Below, one piece after another: positions 1 through 9,079 of a stretch of 32,000 nt of DNA. The DNA comes from Psychrobacter cryohalolentis K5. GTDB taxonomy: Bacteria > Pseudomonadota > Gammaproteobacteria > Pseudomonadales > Moraxellaceae. Where the stretch lies: positions 1,620,001 to 1,652,000 of the forward strand of contig NC_007969.1 in the NCBI RefSeq assembly GCF_000013905.1, written 5' to 3'. A model generated the notes under the pieces. The model was not told where the DNA came from and made no database searches. It saw nothing but the letters and a program-made list of their open reading frames with translations. Position numbers and translations under genes: made by a program. The number at the start of each line of letters is the position of its first letter. Position 1 is the stretch's first letter.

Positions 1-1161
1 TCTGTGCCGACGCTGACTATCCATCCTAATGAAGCCAAACAACTCGGTGTTGAAAAGGGCGACTATGTGCAGCTACATCCTCGCTATGAGCAGATCCTGC
101 CGAATAGTGAGGCGACAACTATTGATACGAATAATGTTAGTAAAAATGCCGATACAGATAATGAGAATATAGAGCAAACGGTTTTAGCGCAAATCGCCAT
201 CAGCGATAGTATGCGTGTTGGTGATGCCTTTATGCCCATGCACTGGAGTAATGCCTTTGCTAGCTTTGCACGGGTAGGGACACTCATTCCGACTGTGGTC
301 GATCCATATTCAGGGCAGCCTGAGCTAAAAAACTCAGCGATTCGCATGAGCGCCGTGCCTATGCAGACACTTGGCAAGATTATGGTGCATCCTGATTTGC
401 AGGACACCATATTAGTGCACTTGCGTGCGATGACTGCTCATTTTAAGAAGGAAGCAATAGCGGGTGAGTCGCAAACAGCGTCTACAAACTTTGAGTTAAA
501 TGGTGCGGGTTCGTCTCTCTCACTACCAGCGCTGACATGGAGTATCAGCAGGCAAGCCAATAGTGTGCTCATTACTCTTGCCAGCCCAGCCGAGCGCACA
601 GCTAGGCAGTTGCTTGACCCTAAATTTTGGCAGCAGTTTATCGATGACTATCAAAAGTCTGTATCAGACAAGTGGTTGACTGGCAATGCCGACGATACTC
701 TGACGGTTAATAGCGCTTTCACCTTGAGTAAACCAGAGAAGCAACTACGCTTTATCTCGACTCAGTCAGAGGTGAGGAACAAAGCATTAAATCATATATT
801 GCCAAGTGATTCAGACTCTGCCGTACCTAGTGATCAGCTGCTATTAGCTATTTATTTTGCACCAAAATTGATGTATTTGCCTAGTACACATTGGCTTGAC
901 AGCTGCTTTGCCAGTACCGCTGCCATACCAGTACAGCAGCGCTATAAATGGTTGCTGGCAGGTCGTCCAGCTACTGGCTATATCGATCCAGGTCCGTTGG
1001 TGTGCTCTTGTATGGCAGTCGGAGAAAACATCATCATCAATGCAATCGCCAAGCAGCAGTGCCATAGCGCACAATCAGTGGGCAAAGCGTGCCGTGCTGG
1101 TACCAATTGCGGCTCATGCGTGAGTCAAATCAATGCACTTATTGAGGAGCATGCGTCATAG
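1..1161 (+). CDS. nasA: Assimilatory nitrate reductase catalytic subunit, C-terminal part (5' end outside the window): molybdopterin-dinucleotide-binding domain, linker and C-terminal BFD-like [2Fe-2S] domain
   Basis: The ORF is open to the window edge in frame 1; the GTG at position 4 is internal. TIHPNEAKQLGVEKGDYVQL and MPMHWSN fit the C-terminal domain of Mo-bisMGD oxidoreductases. The last ~55 aa (CSCMAV...CRAGTNCGSC) form a 4-Cys BFD-like motif. A siroheme-pathway gene follows. Confidence 0.8.
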   Translation, partial: SVPTLTIHPNEAKQLGVEKGDYVQLHPRYEQILPNSEATTIDTNNVSKNADTDNENIEQTVLAQIAISDSMRVGDAFMPMHWSNAFASFARVGTLIPTVVDPYSGQPELKNSAIRMSAVPMQTLGKIMVHPDLQDTILVHLRAMTAHFKKEAIAGESQTASTNFELNGAGSSLSLPALTWSISRQANSVLITLASPAERTARQLLDPKFWQQFIDDYQKSVSDKWLTGNADDTLTVNSAFTLSKPEKQLRFISTQSEVRNKALNHILPSDSDSAVPSDQLLLAIYFAPKLMYLPSTHWLDSCFASTAAIPVQQRYKWLLAGRPATGYIDPGPLVCSCMAVGENIIINAIAKQQCHSAQSVGKACRAGTNCGSCVSQINALIEEHAS

Positions 1162-1259
1162 CTGTCTTATAACCGCCTTATGAAATACAACCAATTGATC
1201 AATATGGCATAGGGCTTGCACCGTATATTGCACTAACAGCATCATTAGGAGTCACCGTC

Positions 1260-2189
1260 ATGACGGATTCATCTGCCTTTATCGCAACACTACCTCCAAA
1301 CGATTTATCTAATAAAAAGTGTGTCGTCAATGCGCTAAACACGCCATTAAACAGAGCAGCTGCAAAAGTAGGCATTGTGCATTTAGTCGGTGCAGGCTCT
1401 GGTGATCCTGAGCTGCTCACACTAAAAGCTTTGCGAATCATGCAGCGCGCTGATGTGGTGCTTTACGATAGCCTAGTCTCAGAGGATATATTGGATATGT
1501 GCGAACCAACAGCGGAAAAGATATTTGTTGGTAAACGCCGAGCCAATCATGCGCTGCCGCAAGAAGGCATCAATGAGCTGTTGGTCAAGCACGCGCTGGC
1601 AGGTAAAACAGTTGTAAGACTCAAAGGCGGCGACCCTTTTATCTTTGGGCGCGGCGGAGAGGAGCTTCAAGAAGTGGTGCGCCATGGTATCTTTTTTGAA
1701 TCTATCCCTGGCATTACTGCCGCCAGTGCCGCTGCTAGTAGTGCAGGTATTCCATTGACGCATCGCGACCATGCGCAGGCAGTGAAGTTTGTAACGGCAT
1801 ATAAGAAATCAGGAGCGCCAAATAATAACTATGACGAGCATTTAGATAGCACCCAAACGGTTGTTTTTTATATGGGATTGCATCAGCTAGATGAATTGAC
1901 TGAAGGGTTGATAGCAGCGGGACGAGATAGCGCGACGCCTTTTGCGGTGATTAGCCATGCCAGCTTGCCCACGCAGCAACTGCTCATCGGCACGCTTGGT
2001 AGTATCGCTAAGCAGCAAGCTGAAGCGAAATTGCCAACCCCAGCATTACTGATTATGGGCGATGTGGTGACGCTATATCATGAATTTGCAGACTACAACC
2101 TTGGTGCATTTGGTAAGCGTGCAGTCTGCAATATTAAGCAATCCATCACTGATAAACATCTTATACCTACTTTTGAGAGTATTGCATAA
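1260..2189 (+). CDS. cobA: Uroporphyrinogen-III C-methyltransferase (SUMT; siroheme/cobalamin branch)
   Basis: Tetrapyrrole methylase motifs are present: VGAGSGDPELLTLKA, VVLYDSLV, VVRLKGGDPFIFGRGGEE, IPGITAA. AGGAG lies about 10 nt upstream of the ATG. Its position after nasA fits a siroheme supply for nitrite reductase. Confidence 0.88.
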   Translation: MTDSSAFIATLPPNDLSNKKCVVNALNTPLNRAAAKVGIVHLVGAGSGDPELLTLKALRIMQRADVVLYDSLVSEDILDMCEPTAEKIFVGKRRANHALPQEGINELLVKHALAGKTVVRLKGGDPFIFGRGGEELQEVVRHGIFFESIPGITAASAAASSAGIPLTHRDHAQAVKFVTAYKKSGAPNNNYDEHLDSTQTVVFYMGLHQLDELTEGLIAAGRDSATPFAVISHASLPTQQLLIGTLGSIAKQQAEAKLPTPALLIMGDVVTLYHEFADYNLGAFGKRAVCNIKQSITDKHLIPTFESIA

Positions 2190-2247
2190 AATATAGGGTT
2201 AGTCTAAATGCTCAATAAGATAACTTTAAGACAGGCTAATCCTATAA

Positions 2248-3132
2248 CTATAAATTTCGTAATTGCTCAATTAACCAGCGATGTATACCACTGTCACTGG
2301 TACGTGGATGCCATGCTGCGATTACCTTAAAGGTAGGCGGTAATGCTTCGATTTTAATCTCTTTGACTTTACTATTTGGTAGTAGTCGCGCAGGATAAAA
2401 GGCAATCATATCGGTGGTGTGTAGGATATCTGGCACGGCTGAAAAGCTAGGCACTGACATCACAATATGGCGTTTAAGCCCTTTTTCTGCAAACCAGTGA
2501 TCATGCGATCCGCGCAAATTGGCACGTGAAGGCGATACCACCAGCTGCGGGTGTGCGGCAACTTGAGCCAGTGTGAATATCTCTGTTGCAAAGGTGTTTT
2601 TATAACCCGTCACACATAAATGCTGTTCTTCAAATAGCGTCACATACGATAAATTATCAGGGATAAACTCTGGAAAAGTAATCAACAAATCAAGTTCGCC
2701 CGCCGCAATCAGCTGATTGATATTGTCTGAGGCAAAATCTCTCACTATCAGCTTTAAATTAGGCGCTTCACGGCGTGTGATACTAAACAACTGCGGCAAT
2801 AATGCCTGCGTCGCATAGTCGGTTGCACTAATCGTAAAGACGCCTTTGTAGGTTTGCGGCGTAAACACCTCTGGCTCTAACAATACTTCCAACTGCTTTA
2901 ATATCTCGTCGATCGGTTGCCGCATCGCTAAGGCTTTTGGTGTTGCCACCATGCTATTGCCTTGACGAATAAACAAACGATCATCAAACAAATCCCGTAG
3001 CTTACGCAACTGCTCGCTAATCGCTTGTTGTGTCAGTCCCATTTTGCGCGCAACTTGCGAGAGGTTTTGTAGATCAAGCAGCGCCTGCAATACCCTAAGC
3101 TGCTTGATCTCTAGCCGGTTCATACCATTCAT
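2248..3132 (-). CDS. LysR-family transcriptional regulator
   Basis: N-terminal wHTH (LEIKQLRVLQALLDLQNLSQVARKMGLTQQAISEQLRKLR) plus a LysR substrate-binding fold length. I trimmed the track ORF (start 3192) to ATG 3132 (MNGMNRLE; ATG 3123 is also possible). It is divergent from the OYE gene. Confidence 0.85.
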   Translation of the reverse strand: MNGMNRLEIKQLRVLQALLDLQNLSQVARKMGLTQQAISEQLRKLRDLFDDRLFIRQGNSMVATPKALAMRQPIDEILKQLEVLLEPEVFTPQTYKGVFTISATDYATQALLPQLFSITRREAPNLKLIVRDFASDNINQLIAAGELDLLITFPEFIPDNLSYVTLFEEQHLCVTGYKNTFATEIFTLAQVAAHPQLVVSPSRANLRGSHDHWFAEKGLKRHIVMSVPSFSAVPDILHTTDMIAFYPARLLPNSKVKEIKIEALPPTFKVIAAWHPRTSDSGIHRWLIEQLRNL

Positions 3133-3305
3133 AAAACTCACCATTAATAATTGTACCATAAACAAGAAAGGCTTGTTTCTAATTGTACCCATAAAACTCT
3201 ATGCTGACCAACATTGCTCAAGTAATCATTAGATTGGTTATTAAGCATCAAAACAGACCAAATACATTTAATAATAAGCCATCAGCTGCTTTAAAAGAGA
3301 CATTT

Positions 3306-4445
3306 ATGACACAAACCATTCTAAATACCAGTACACTATTTTCATCTGTACAACTTGGACCTTATACCCTTAAAAACCGTATCGTGATGCCGCCTTTGAC
3401 GCGCTCTCGTAGCACGCAACCTGATAATATCCCTAATGATTTAATGGCAAGCTATTATGCACAGCGCGCCTCAGCGGGCTTTATGGTGACTGAAGGTACG
3501 CAGATTGAACCAAGAGGCCAAGGTTATGCATGGACGCCCGGGATTCATTCACCAGCCCAAGTTGAAGGCTGGAAAAAAGTCACGCAGGCAGTACACGCTA
3601 AAGGTAGTATTATTTTTGCGCAGCTGTGGCACGTTGGCCGCGTGTCTCATACCAGCTTACAGCCGCAAGGTGCTCAGCCTGTAGGCCCATCAGCGATTGC
3701 TGCTGACAATGTAAAAGTATTTATTGAAACAGGCCCAGGTACAGGCGCATTGGCCGATCCAAGTGAGCCACGCGCACTGAGCACAGAAGAGGTGGGTGAG
3801 CTGGTCGCTATGTATGCGGCAGCCGCACGCAACGCATTAGAAGCAGGTTTTGATGGGGTAGAGCTACACTGTGCCAATGGCTATTTGGTCAATCAATTTA
3901 TCTCTGAGCATAGCAATACACGTGATGATCAATATGGTGGTTCGTTGACCAATCGTCTGCGTTTTTTAAAAGAAGTAGTCGCTGCCGTCAGTGAGGTGGT
4001 TGGCGCTGATCGTTTAGGCGTACGTTTTGCGCCTTTATTTGCCAGCACGGATGAGACTCGTGTGTATCTAGGGCTAGTAGAAGCGGACCCACATCATACC
4101 TATATTGAAGCGATTAAGGTGCTTGAGCAGGCTGGTATTGCTTACTTGTCCATTGCAGAGGCTGATTGGGATAATGCGCCTGATTTGCCAGAGCCTTTTT
4201 ACCAAGCCGTCAGAGCTGAGTTTTCAGGACGTATTATTTATGCGGGTAAGTATACTGTGCAGAAGTCGGTCGATATATTATCTAAAGGTTATGGGGATTT
4301 ATTTGCTTTTGGTCGTCCTTTTATTGCTAATCCCGATTTACCTGAACGCATAGCCAATGATTGGCCACTCAATGAGGCAGATCCTGTTACGATGTATGGT
4401 GGCACTGCCATTGGCTACAGTGATTATCCTCGCTATCAGGAATAG
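3306..4445 (+). CDS. Old Yellow Enzyme family NADH:flavin oxidoreductase / alkene (N-ethylmaleimide-type) reductase
   Basis: LKNRIVMPPLTRSR, AQLWHVGR and GFDGVELHCANGYLVNQFIS are classic OYE/NemA motifs. I moved the start to ATG 3306 (MTQTIL) because the 35-aa N-extension of the track ORF has no homology logic. Confidence 0.88.
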   Translation: MTQTILNTSTLFSSVQLGPYTLKNRIVMPPLTRSRSTQPDNIPNDLMASYYAQRASAGFMVTEGTQIEPRGQGYAWTPGIHSPAQVEGWKKVTQAVHAKGSIIFAQLWHVGRVSHTSLQPQGAQPVGPSAIAADNVKVFIETGPGTGALADPSEPRALSTEEVGELVAMYAAAARNALEAGFDGVELHCANGYLVNQFISEHSNTRDDQYGGSLTNRLRFLKEVVAAVSEVVGADRLGVRFAPLFASTDETRVYLGLVEADPHHTYIEAIKVLEQAGIAYLSIAEADWDNAPDLPEPFYQAVRAEFSGRIIYAGKYTVQKSVDILSKGYGDLFAFGRPFIANPDLPERIANDWPLNEADPVTMYGGTAIGYSDYPRYQE

Positions 4446-4470
4446 CAAAGCAGCTGAGCAGTGAATGAGA

Positions 4471-4503
4471 TAAGGCCATTAATACTAATGGCCTTATTTT
4501 TAT
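4471..4503 (+). terminator. Rho-independent terminator after the OYE gene
   Basis: Perfect 11-bp stem TAAGGCCATTA (4471-4481) / TAATGGCCTTA (4486-4496) with a 4-nt loop, followed by TTTTTATTT. Confidence 0.85.
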
Positions 4504-4616
4504 TTATAAATTTGAGACTTGTTGGATATTCACAAACAGTCAATCATCAAGCGACAATTATTGTTTTTGTCGCTTAAATATTTTTCTTTTATCATTTTAT
4601 CAATAGGTAGCAGACA

Positions 4617-4832
4617 ATGAACCAGAATACTAAAGACAGACTGATACGTATATTAGTAGGATATGTCGGACTCTATCCAACACTCCTAATTGTATTAACG
4701 TTACTGAAGCCTGTGACTCATGGTTTAAGTCTGCCAGTGGTGGTATTGATTGAAACCATAATACTTGTACCGTTGACGCAGATGGTGTCATTTCCACTAG
4801 CAGGCTGGCTCATTGAGCGTTTAAGAAGATAA
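4617..4832 (+). CDS. Small two-TM membrane protein of unknown function
   Basis: A 71-aa ORF with two hydrophobic helices (LVGYVGLYPTLLIVLTLL; VVVLIETIILVPL) and a basic C-terminus. I did not confidently recognise a family. Confidence 0.45.
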   Translation: MNQNTKDRLIRILVGYVGLYPTLLIVLTLLKPVTHGLSLPVVVLIETIILVPLTQMVSFPLAGWLIERLRR

Positions 4833-5179
4833 CAAGCGTTGCTCTTTGCCTAGTTTGGATATGGGTTTTTAAGAGTATTGATTGAGATGATAAATGATTG
4901 ATGGCACGGGTAAGTTTATAAACCAGATAATTGAGTTGGTTGGATTTCAGCCGGATATTAAAAACAGCACTCTATAATAAGAAGGAAAATAAATGGTTCA
5001 TAAACCTTAATATCTGACTTAGACTGAGTACAACCATTCTCATTTATTATAGAGTGTGCATGAGAGCAGAAATGAATAACCTGAGTTAGGAACGCTCCTG
5101 AATGGGTAAAATTACATATTCCTATTGCACCTTTTCCTCATAAGGTGCATGGATACTTATTGCTTTAAATTCTTGTTTT

Positions 5180-6115
5180 TTAATTGAGTTGCCAATAAAG
5201 AGGGTGACCATAAACTTTGGCAAAATAATCAATTAATGTTCTAACATTTAGAGAGACATGACGAGTATGAGGATAAATAGCTGCGACATGTTGAGGTGTG
5301 GTTTTGACGGCCGTACTATAATTAGGCAGTAGCTTGATAAGCTCACCACTCTTTAAATGCTCACCGATGAGCCAATCTGGAAAAAGCACAATCCCCATAC
5401 CCTTGAGTGCAGATACCAATAAAGATTCTGCATTATTGGACATCAATAAAGCGGGTGCTAAGAATGGCGTCCAATCTTCACTTTCTGTTTTAAAAAGCCA
5501 ACGATTGGGTCCTGTTGAACCTTTATATAGTAAACATTTATGATGTGTCAGATCTGCTGGCACTTGCAATTTACCATGCGTGCTTATGTACGATGGAGAG
5601 GCGGCAAGATGATAGGTTTGCTCGCCAAAAATACGCGCATGAAAGGCGGAGTCATGTAACGTGCCAATTCTAAAAATAACGTCTGTTGCATAATGATGCG
5701 GATCAATAAAGTCATCCGTTAAACTCAAATCTATCTGTAATTTAGGATACTGAGCACTAAGCTGTGGCAGCCAAGGTGCGATATGTCGTTGTCCAAAAAA
5801 TACGGGAGCGTTGATTCTAATTAAACCACCCGGTTCTAATGTCCTGTCTTGAAGCTCCTGCTGTGCTGCACTCATGCTCTCGGTCATGGATTTTGCATAG
5901 CGCATAAACACACGACCCGCTTCAGTAGGAGTAACAGCGCGTGTATTACGGTAAAAAAGCTGCTGTCCCAGTGAGTCCTCTAACTGCTTGATAATACGTG
6001 ACACTTTAGAAGCCGAAACGCCTTCTTTTCGAGCCACTACAGAAAAACTCTGAGCGTCAAAAACCTCTATAAAAAATAATAGTGTTTGTATGTTGATGGT
6101 ATCTACCGTATTCAT
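5180..6115 (-). CDS. LysR-family transcriptional regulator
   Basis: The N-terminal HTH (FFIEVFDAQSFSVVARKEGVSASKVSRIIKQLEDSLGQQLFYRNTR) and its length fit the family. It is divergent from the DUF606 transporter pair. An 8-bp palindromic hairpin (about 5127-5150) lies downstream. Confidence 0.85.
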   Translation of the reverse strand: MNTVDTINIQTLLFFIEVFDAQSFSVVARKEGVSASKVSRIIKQLEDSLGQQLFYRNTRAVTPTEAGRVFMRYAKSMTESMSAAQQELQDRTLEPGGLIRINAPVFFGQRHIAPWLPQLSAQYPKLQIDLSLTDDFIDPHHYATDVIFRIGTLHDSAFHARIFGEQTYHLAASPSYISTHGKLQVPADLTHHKCLLYKGSTGPNRWLFKTESEDWTPFLAPALLMSNNAESLLVSALKGMGIVLFPDWLIGEHLKSGELIKLLPNYSTAVKTTPQHVAAIYPHTRHVSLNVRTLIDYFAKVYGHPLYWQLN

Positions 6116-6213
6116 TTGTGCAACTTATGCAAAGGTCATTTTCGTATTATAGCGTTTTTTAATGGGTATACATTGCTGTAAGCTGCAGCGTATTGCTCAT
6201 TAAGGATTTTTTC

Positions 6214-6648
6214 ATGCACATTTTATTGATACTCATTGTTGTGTTAGGCGGCATGGGGTTGTCTGTTGAAGCAGGATTACTTGGGCCTTTAGGGAGTCAA
6301 GTAGGCGAGCTGTGGGCAACATTGAGCATTTTTGGTGTTGGCGCTGCTTTAACATTCTTTTTGATGCTGTTTTTTAGTCCGCGAGACAGCCCTTCCTTTT
6401 TCTCACAGCCGCCTTTACTACTGGTTGGTGGTATTTTAGGGCCTGTTTATGTTGTGGTATTAACCGTGGTGACGCCTGTTATTGGCATTGCGCTGACGAT
6501 GATTGGGATATTGGCTGGGCAAGTATTTCAGAGTTTAATCATAGATCATTATGGTTTGTTCGAAACCATGGAACGAAAAATAGACAGCAAACGAATTATC
6601 GCTTTATTTTTCATTATTGCCGCACTTGTTTTTATGGCAAAAGGATAA
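6214..6648 (+). CDS. DMT-superfamily half-transporter, YdcZ/DUF606-like (first of a tandem pair)
   Basis: About 145 aa and very hydrophobic with 4-5 TM segments. It is paralogous in layout to the next ORF. ATG 6214 is preceded by AAGGA (6202-6206); the track start at 6193 is a TTG. Confidence 0.65.
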   Translation: MHILLILIVVLGGMGLSVEAGLLGPLGSQVGELWATLSIFGVGAALTFFLMLFFSPRDSPSFFSQPPLLLVGGILGPVYVVVLTVVTPVIGIALTMIGILAGQVFQSLIIDHYGLFETMERKIDSKRIIALFFIIAALVFMAKG

Positions 6649-6653
6649 CCTAA

Positions 6654-7118
6654 ATGATGCTTATTTTAATGATTGTATTAGCAATAATTGGCGGCGCAGC
6701 TTTGAGCGTTCAAGCGGCATTGAATGGTCGCCTTGGCGGCAATGTTGGCGTATTTAAAAGTGCCTTTTTAACCTTTTCTGTGGGTGCAGTAGTAACTGCC
6801 TTGCTCATTTTCTTTTTTGAGCCAAATCATACCGTTACTTTGATGGATGTCCCTAAATGGCAATTGCTTGGTGCCTTATGCGGTGTGCCTTACATTGTCA
6901 TTATGGTGGTTGCGGTGCAGCGTATTGGGACTGCTGTAGCAACGGTAGCGGTTATTTTTGGTCAGCTGAGTATGAGTGTGTTAATTGATAATTTTGGTTG
7001 GTTAGGTAATGAGGCGATTAGCCTTTCAGGCAGTCGAATAGGTGCTTTGGTTTGTTTGGCAATTGCGCTTTATTTTATTTATGCTAGCAGCAAGTCTGAA
7101 CCTAAAGAGGCTCAGTAG
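6654..7118 (+). CDS. DMT-superfamily half-transporter, YdcZ/DUF606-like (second of a tandem pair)
   Basis: 154 aa with a similar TM pattern (GGAALSVQAALNGRLG, VIFGQLSMSVLIDNFGW). Its start lies 5 nt after the upstream stop, suggesting translational coupling and a heterodimeric pair. Confidence 0.65.
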   Translation: MMLILMIVLAIIGGAALSVQAALNGRLGGNVGVFKSAFLTFSVGAVVTALLIFFFEPNHTVTLMDVPKWQLLGALCGVPYIVIMVVAVQRIGTAVATVAVIFGQLSMSVLIDNFGWLGNEAISLSGSRIGALVCLAIALYFIYASSKSEPKEAQ

Positions 7119-7558
7119 TGAGCTATGCTGAAGAAATTGTAGAAACTAATATGGGAGGGTTTAATCAGACAGCTCAATCATAATGACCCATGCTGTTGAT
7201 TTTATAGTCATTAAGTTCATATTTAACACTAGCAGTTCGATGCTTGTATAGCGTACCGTTGAACTAATCGCAGATCATTATGGTATTCAAATTAATTAGA
7301 TTTTTTTAATGCTAGTGCTTACATTTAGCTAAAAATACTGGTAAAAATCCAAGCCTTAAGGCACTGGTTCATGGATTCAAACGCTCCCTAGGCAACCTAT
7401 CTTAAATATTTCTGAGCCTCTCTTTTAGATACGGCTCAATTAAGTCTAGAAGCATAGGAAATTTATAAATATCAAGTCAAAATGTATAGGAAAAAGGATT
7501 TTCTATACACGTTTGGAAGACACAAAAGACGATATAACTATATCCTAAGGGGGTATCA

Positions 7559-7687
7559 ATGGACGCAAATGTGGATCAGAGTATCCGTTTACCGATCCCT
7601 AAAATAGAATCGCTACAATCAGGATGTAATACTTTCCGAAAAAGCGACATTACTCGCTGGATTGATAATCAATTAAAAAAGCATTAA
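7559..7687 (+). CDS. 42-aa ORF resembling only the C-terminal wing of AlpA/excisionase-type phage regulators (possible relic)
   Basis: A strong SD (AAGGGGG) lies 5 nt upstream of the ATG. LPIPKIESLQSGCNTFRKSDITRWIDNQ resembles the FPxPxK...W.esdv..Wi tail of AlpA-family proteins, but the HTH half is absent. Confidence 0.3.
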   Translation: MDANVDQSIRLPIPKIESLQSGCNTFRKSDITRWIDNQLKKH

Positions 7688-7697
7688 GGGATCGTTT

Positions 7698-8618
7698 TCA
7701 ATTCGAAAAAACTGACCAGCCCGTTTTCTGTACCAGCAGCTCTAATGCCTTTGACCCAAGTTTGGAATTTCCTACGTGATCAAGCCCTGGTGACCAGACT
7801 GCGATTGAGCCTTTACCTGGCGCTATCGTCAAAATACCGCCACCAACACCACTTTTACCCGGTAGCCCGACACGGTAGGCAAATTCACCAGCGCCATCGT
7901 AATGACCGCACATCATCATTAAGGAGTTTATCCGTCGAGACTGCTGTGCATTAATCACTCGTATCCCTGTGTGTTGATTAACACCATTAGACACTAAAAA
8001 AAGACCAGCACGGGCTAACTGCTCACAACTCATTGCAATCGCGCATTGATGAAAATAAACACCGAGCACCTTATCTACATCGTGCTTTATATGACCAAAG
8101 GACTTCATAAAGTGGGCTAAGGCGGCATTTCGATCTCTATGATCCATTTCAGACGCTGCCACTTTATGGTCAAAACGGATCGAATCATCATCGGCAATAA
8201 AGTGTACAAACCGCAGAATTTCACCCAAGGTTTCTTTCGGCTCATGTCCCATCATAATGGCATCCACCACAGCAATCGCACCAGCATTGATAAATGGATT
8301 ACGCGGTCGACCCGATTCAAACTCCAATACCGTGATCGAGTTAAAGGGATCGCCAGATGGCTCACGACCAACATGGGTCCAAATCGCATCACCTAACTTG
8401 CCAAGACCGATGGTTAAGGTAAATACTTTGGAGATACTTTGAATCGAGAATAGGGTGCTCGCATCCCCTGCTACATATACTTGCCCATCAGGTGTCGCTA
8501 CGGCAATACCAAACTGGTTCGGATCGACATGCGCCAGTTGCGGGATATAATCTGCCACTTTTCCACGATCGGTTTCAAGGGCCATCTCTGCGGCAATATC
8601 ATTAAGAATCTGTTGCAT
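7698..8618 (-). CDS. glsA: Glutaminase A
   Basis: The full length resembles bacterial glutaminases: [17 protein letters not shown] (Ser-x-x-Lys), [20 protein letters not shown]. Confidence 0.92.
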   Translation of the reverse strand: MQQILNDIAAEMALETDRGKVADYIPQLAHVDPNQFGIAVATPDGQVYVAGDASTLFSIQSISKVFTLTIGLGKLGDAIWTHVGREPSGDPFNSITVLEFESGRPRNPFINAGAIAVVDAIMMGHEPKETLGEILRFVHFIADDDSIRFDHKVAASEMDHRDRNAALAHFMKSFGHIKHDVDKVLGVYFHQCAIAMSCEQLARAGLFLVSNGVNQHTGIRVINAQQSRRINSLMMMCGHYDGAGEFAYRVGLPGKSGVGGGILTIAPGKGSIAVWSPGLDHVGNSKLGSKALELLVQKTGWSVFSN

Positions 8619-9079
8619 ATGAGTTGGGTAACCGTATTTCTACTGCGTTGTTGAATAATAGTGATTTTAACTGAATAAAAGGTGATAAGGATGTAAATAT
8701 TATATTTTAATTCAGGTCTATTGAAGTGAATTGCACTCAAATTCTCAGAGATTATTGTGACCGTGAGCATAATCTCACAGTCATTTCAGTTTTTTTTGCA
8801 TAAATAATGAGTGGGGTTGCTCCGTATTATCAGTTCAGGGATGCTTATTTTCACCCTCCAAAGAGGTACTAGATAAATCCATGTCTACATTTAATGTAGT
8901 AAATAATTACCAAGAGATTATTAACTCTATTGATACAGTTGATATATTTCGCCAATCTCATAGATAGTACTATACCTCTAAAAGATAGTAAGAATATTAT
9001 ATGTCAGCAGAGTTGACACCAATAAGAAGTCGTTACTTGCTCAATTACTGTGTTTAGACCTTAAAGGATGTAAATAAAT

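Noticed and set aside
84-1772. Track ORFs overlapping nasA and cobA (84-410, 844-1074, 896-1123, 1199-1441, 1479-1772)
   Set aside because: They are antisense or off-frame within recognisable genes and have no motifs.
8498-8770. 90-aa minus-strand ORF overlapping the glsA start
   Set aside because: It overlaps glsA in another frame and continues into AT-rich non-coding DNA. Its translation is low-complexity.
8881-9057. Two tiny ORFs upstream of the ABC-like gene (MSTFNVVNNYQEIINSIDTVDIFRQSHR at 8881; MSAELTPIRSRYLLNYCV at 9001) as possible exported-peptide precursors
   Set aside because: They have poor or badly spaced ribosome-binding sites, no leader or double-glycine motif, and no modification enzymes nearby. 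They are indistinguishable from chance ORFs in AT-rich DNA.
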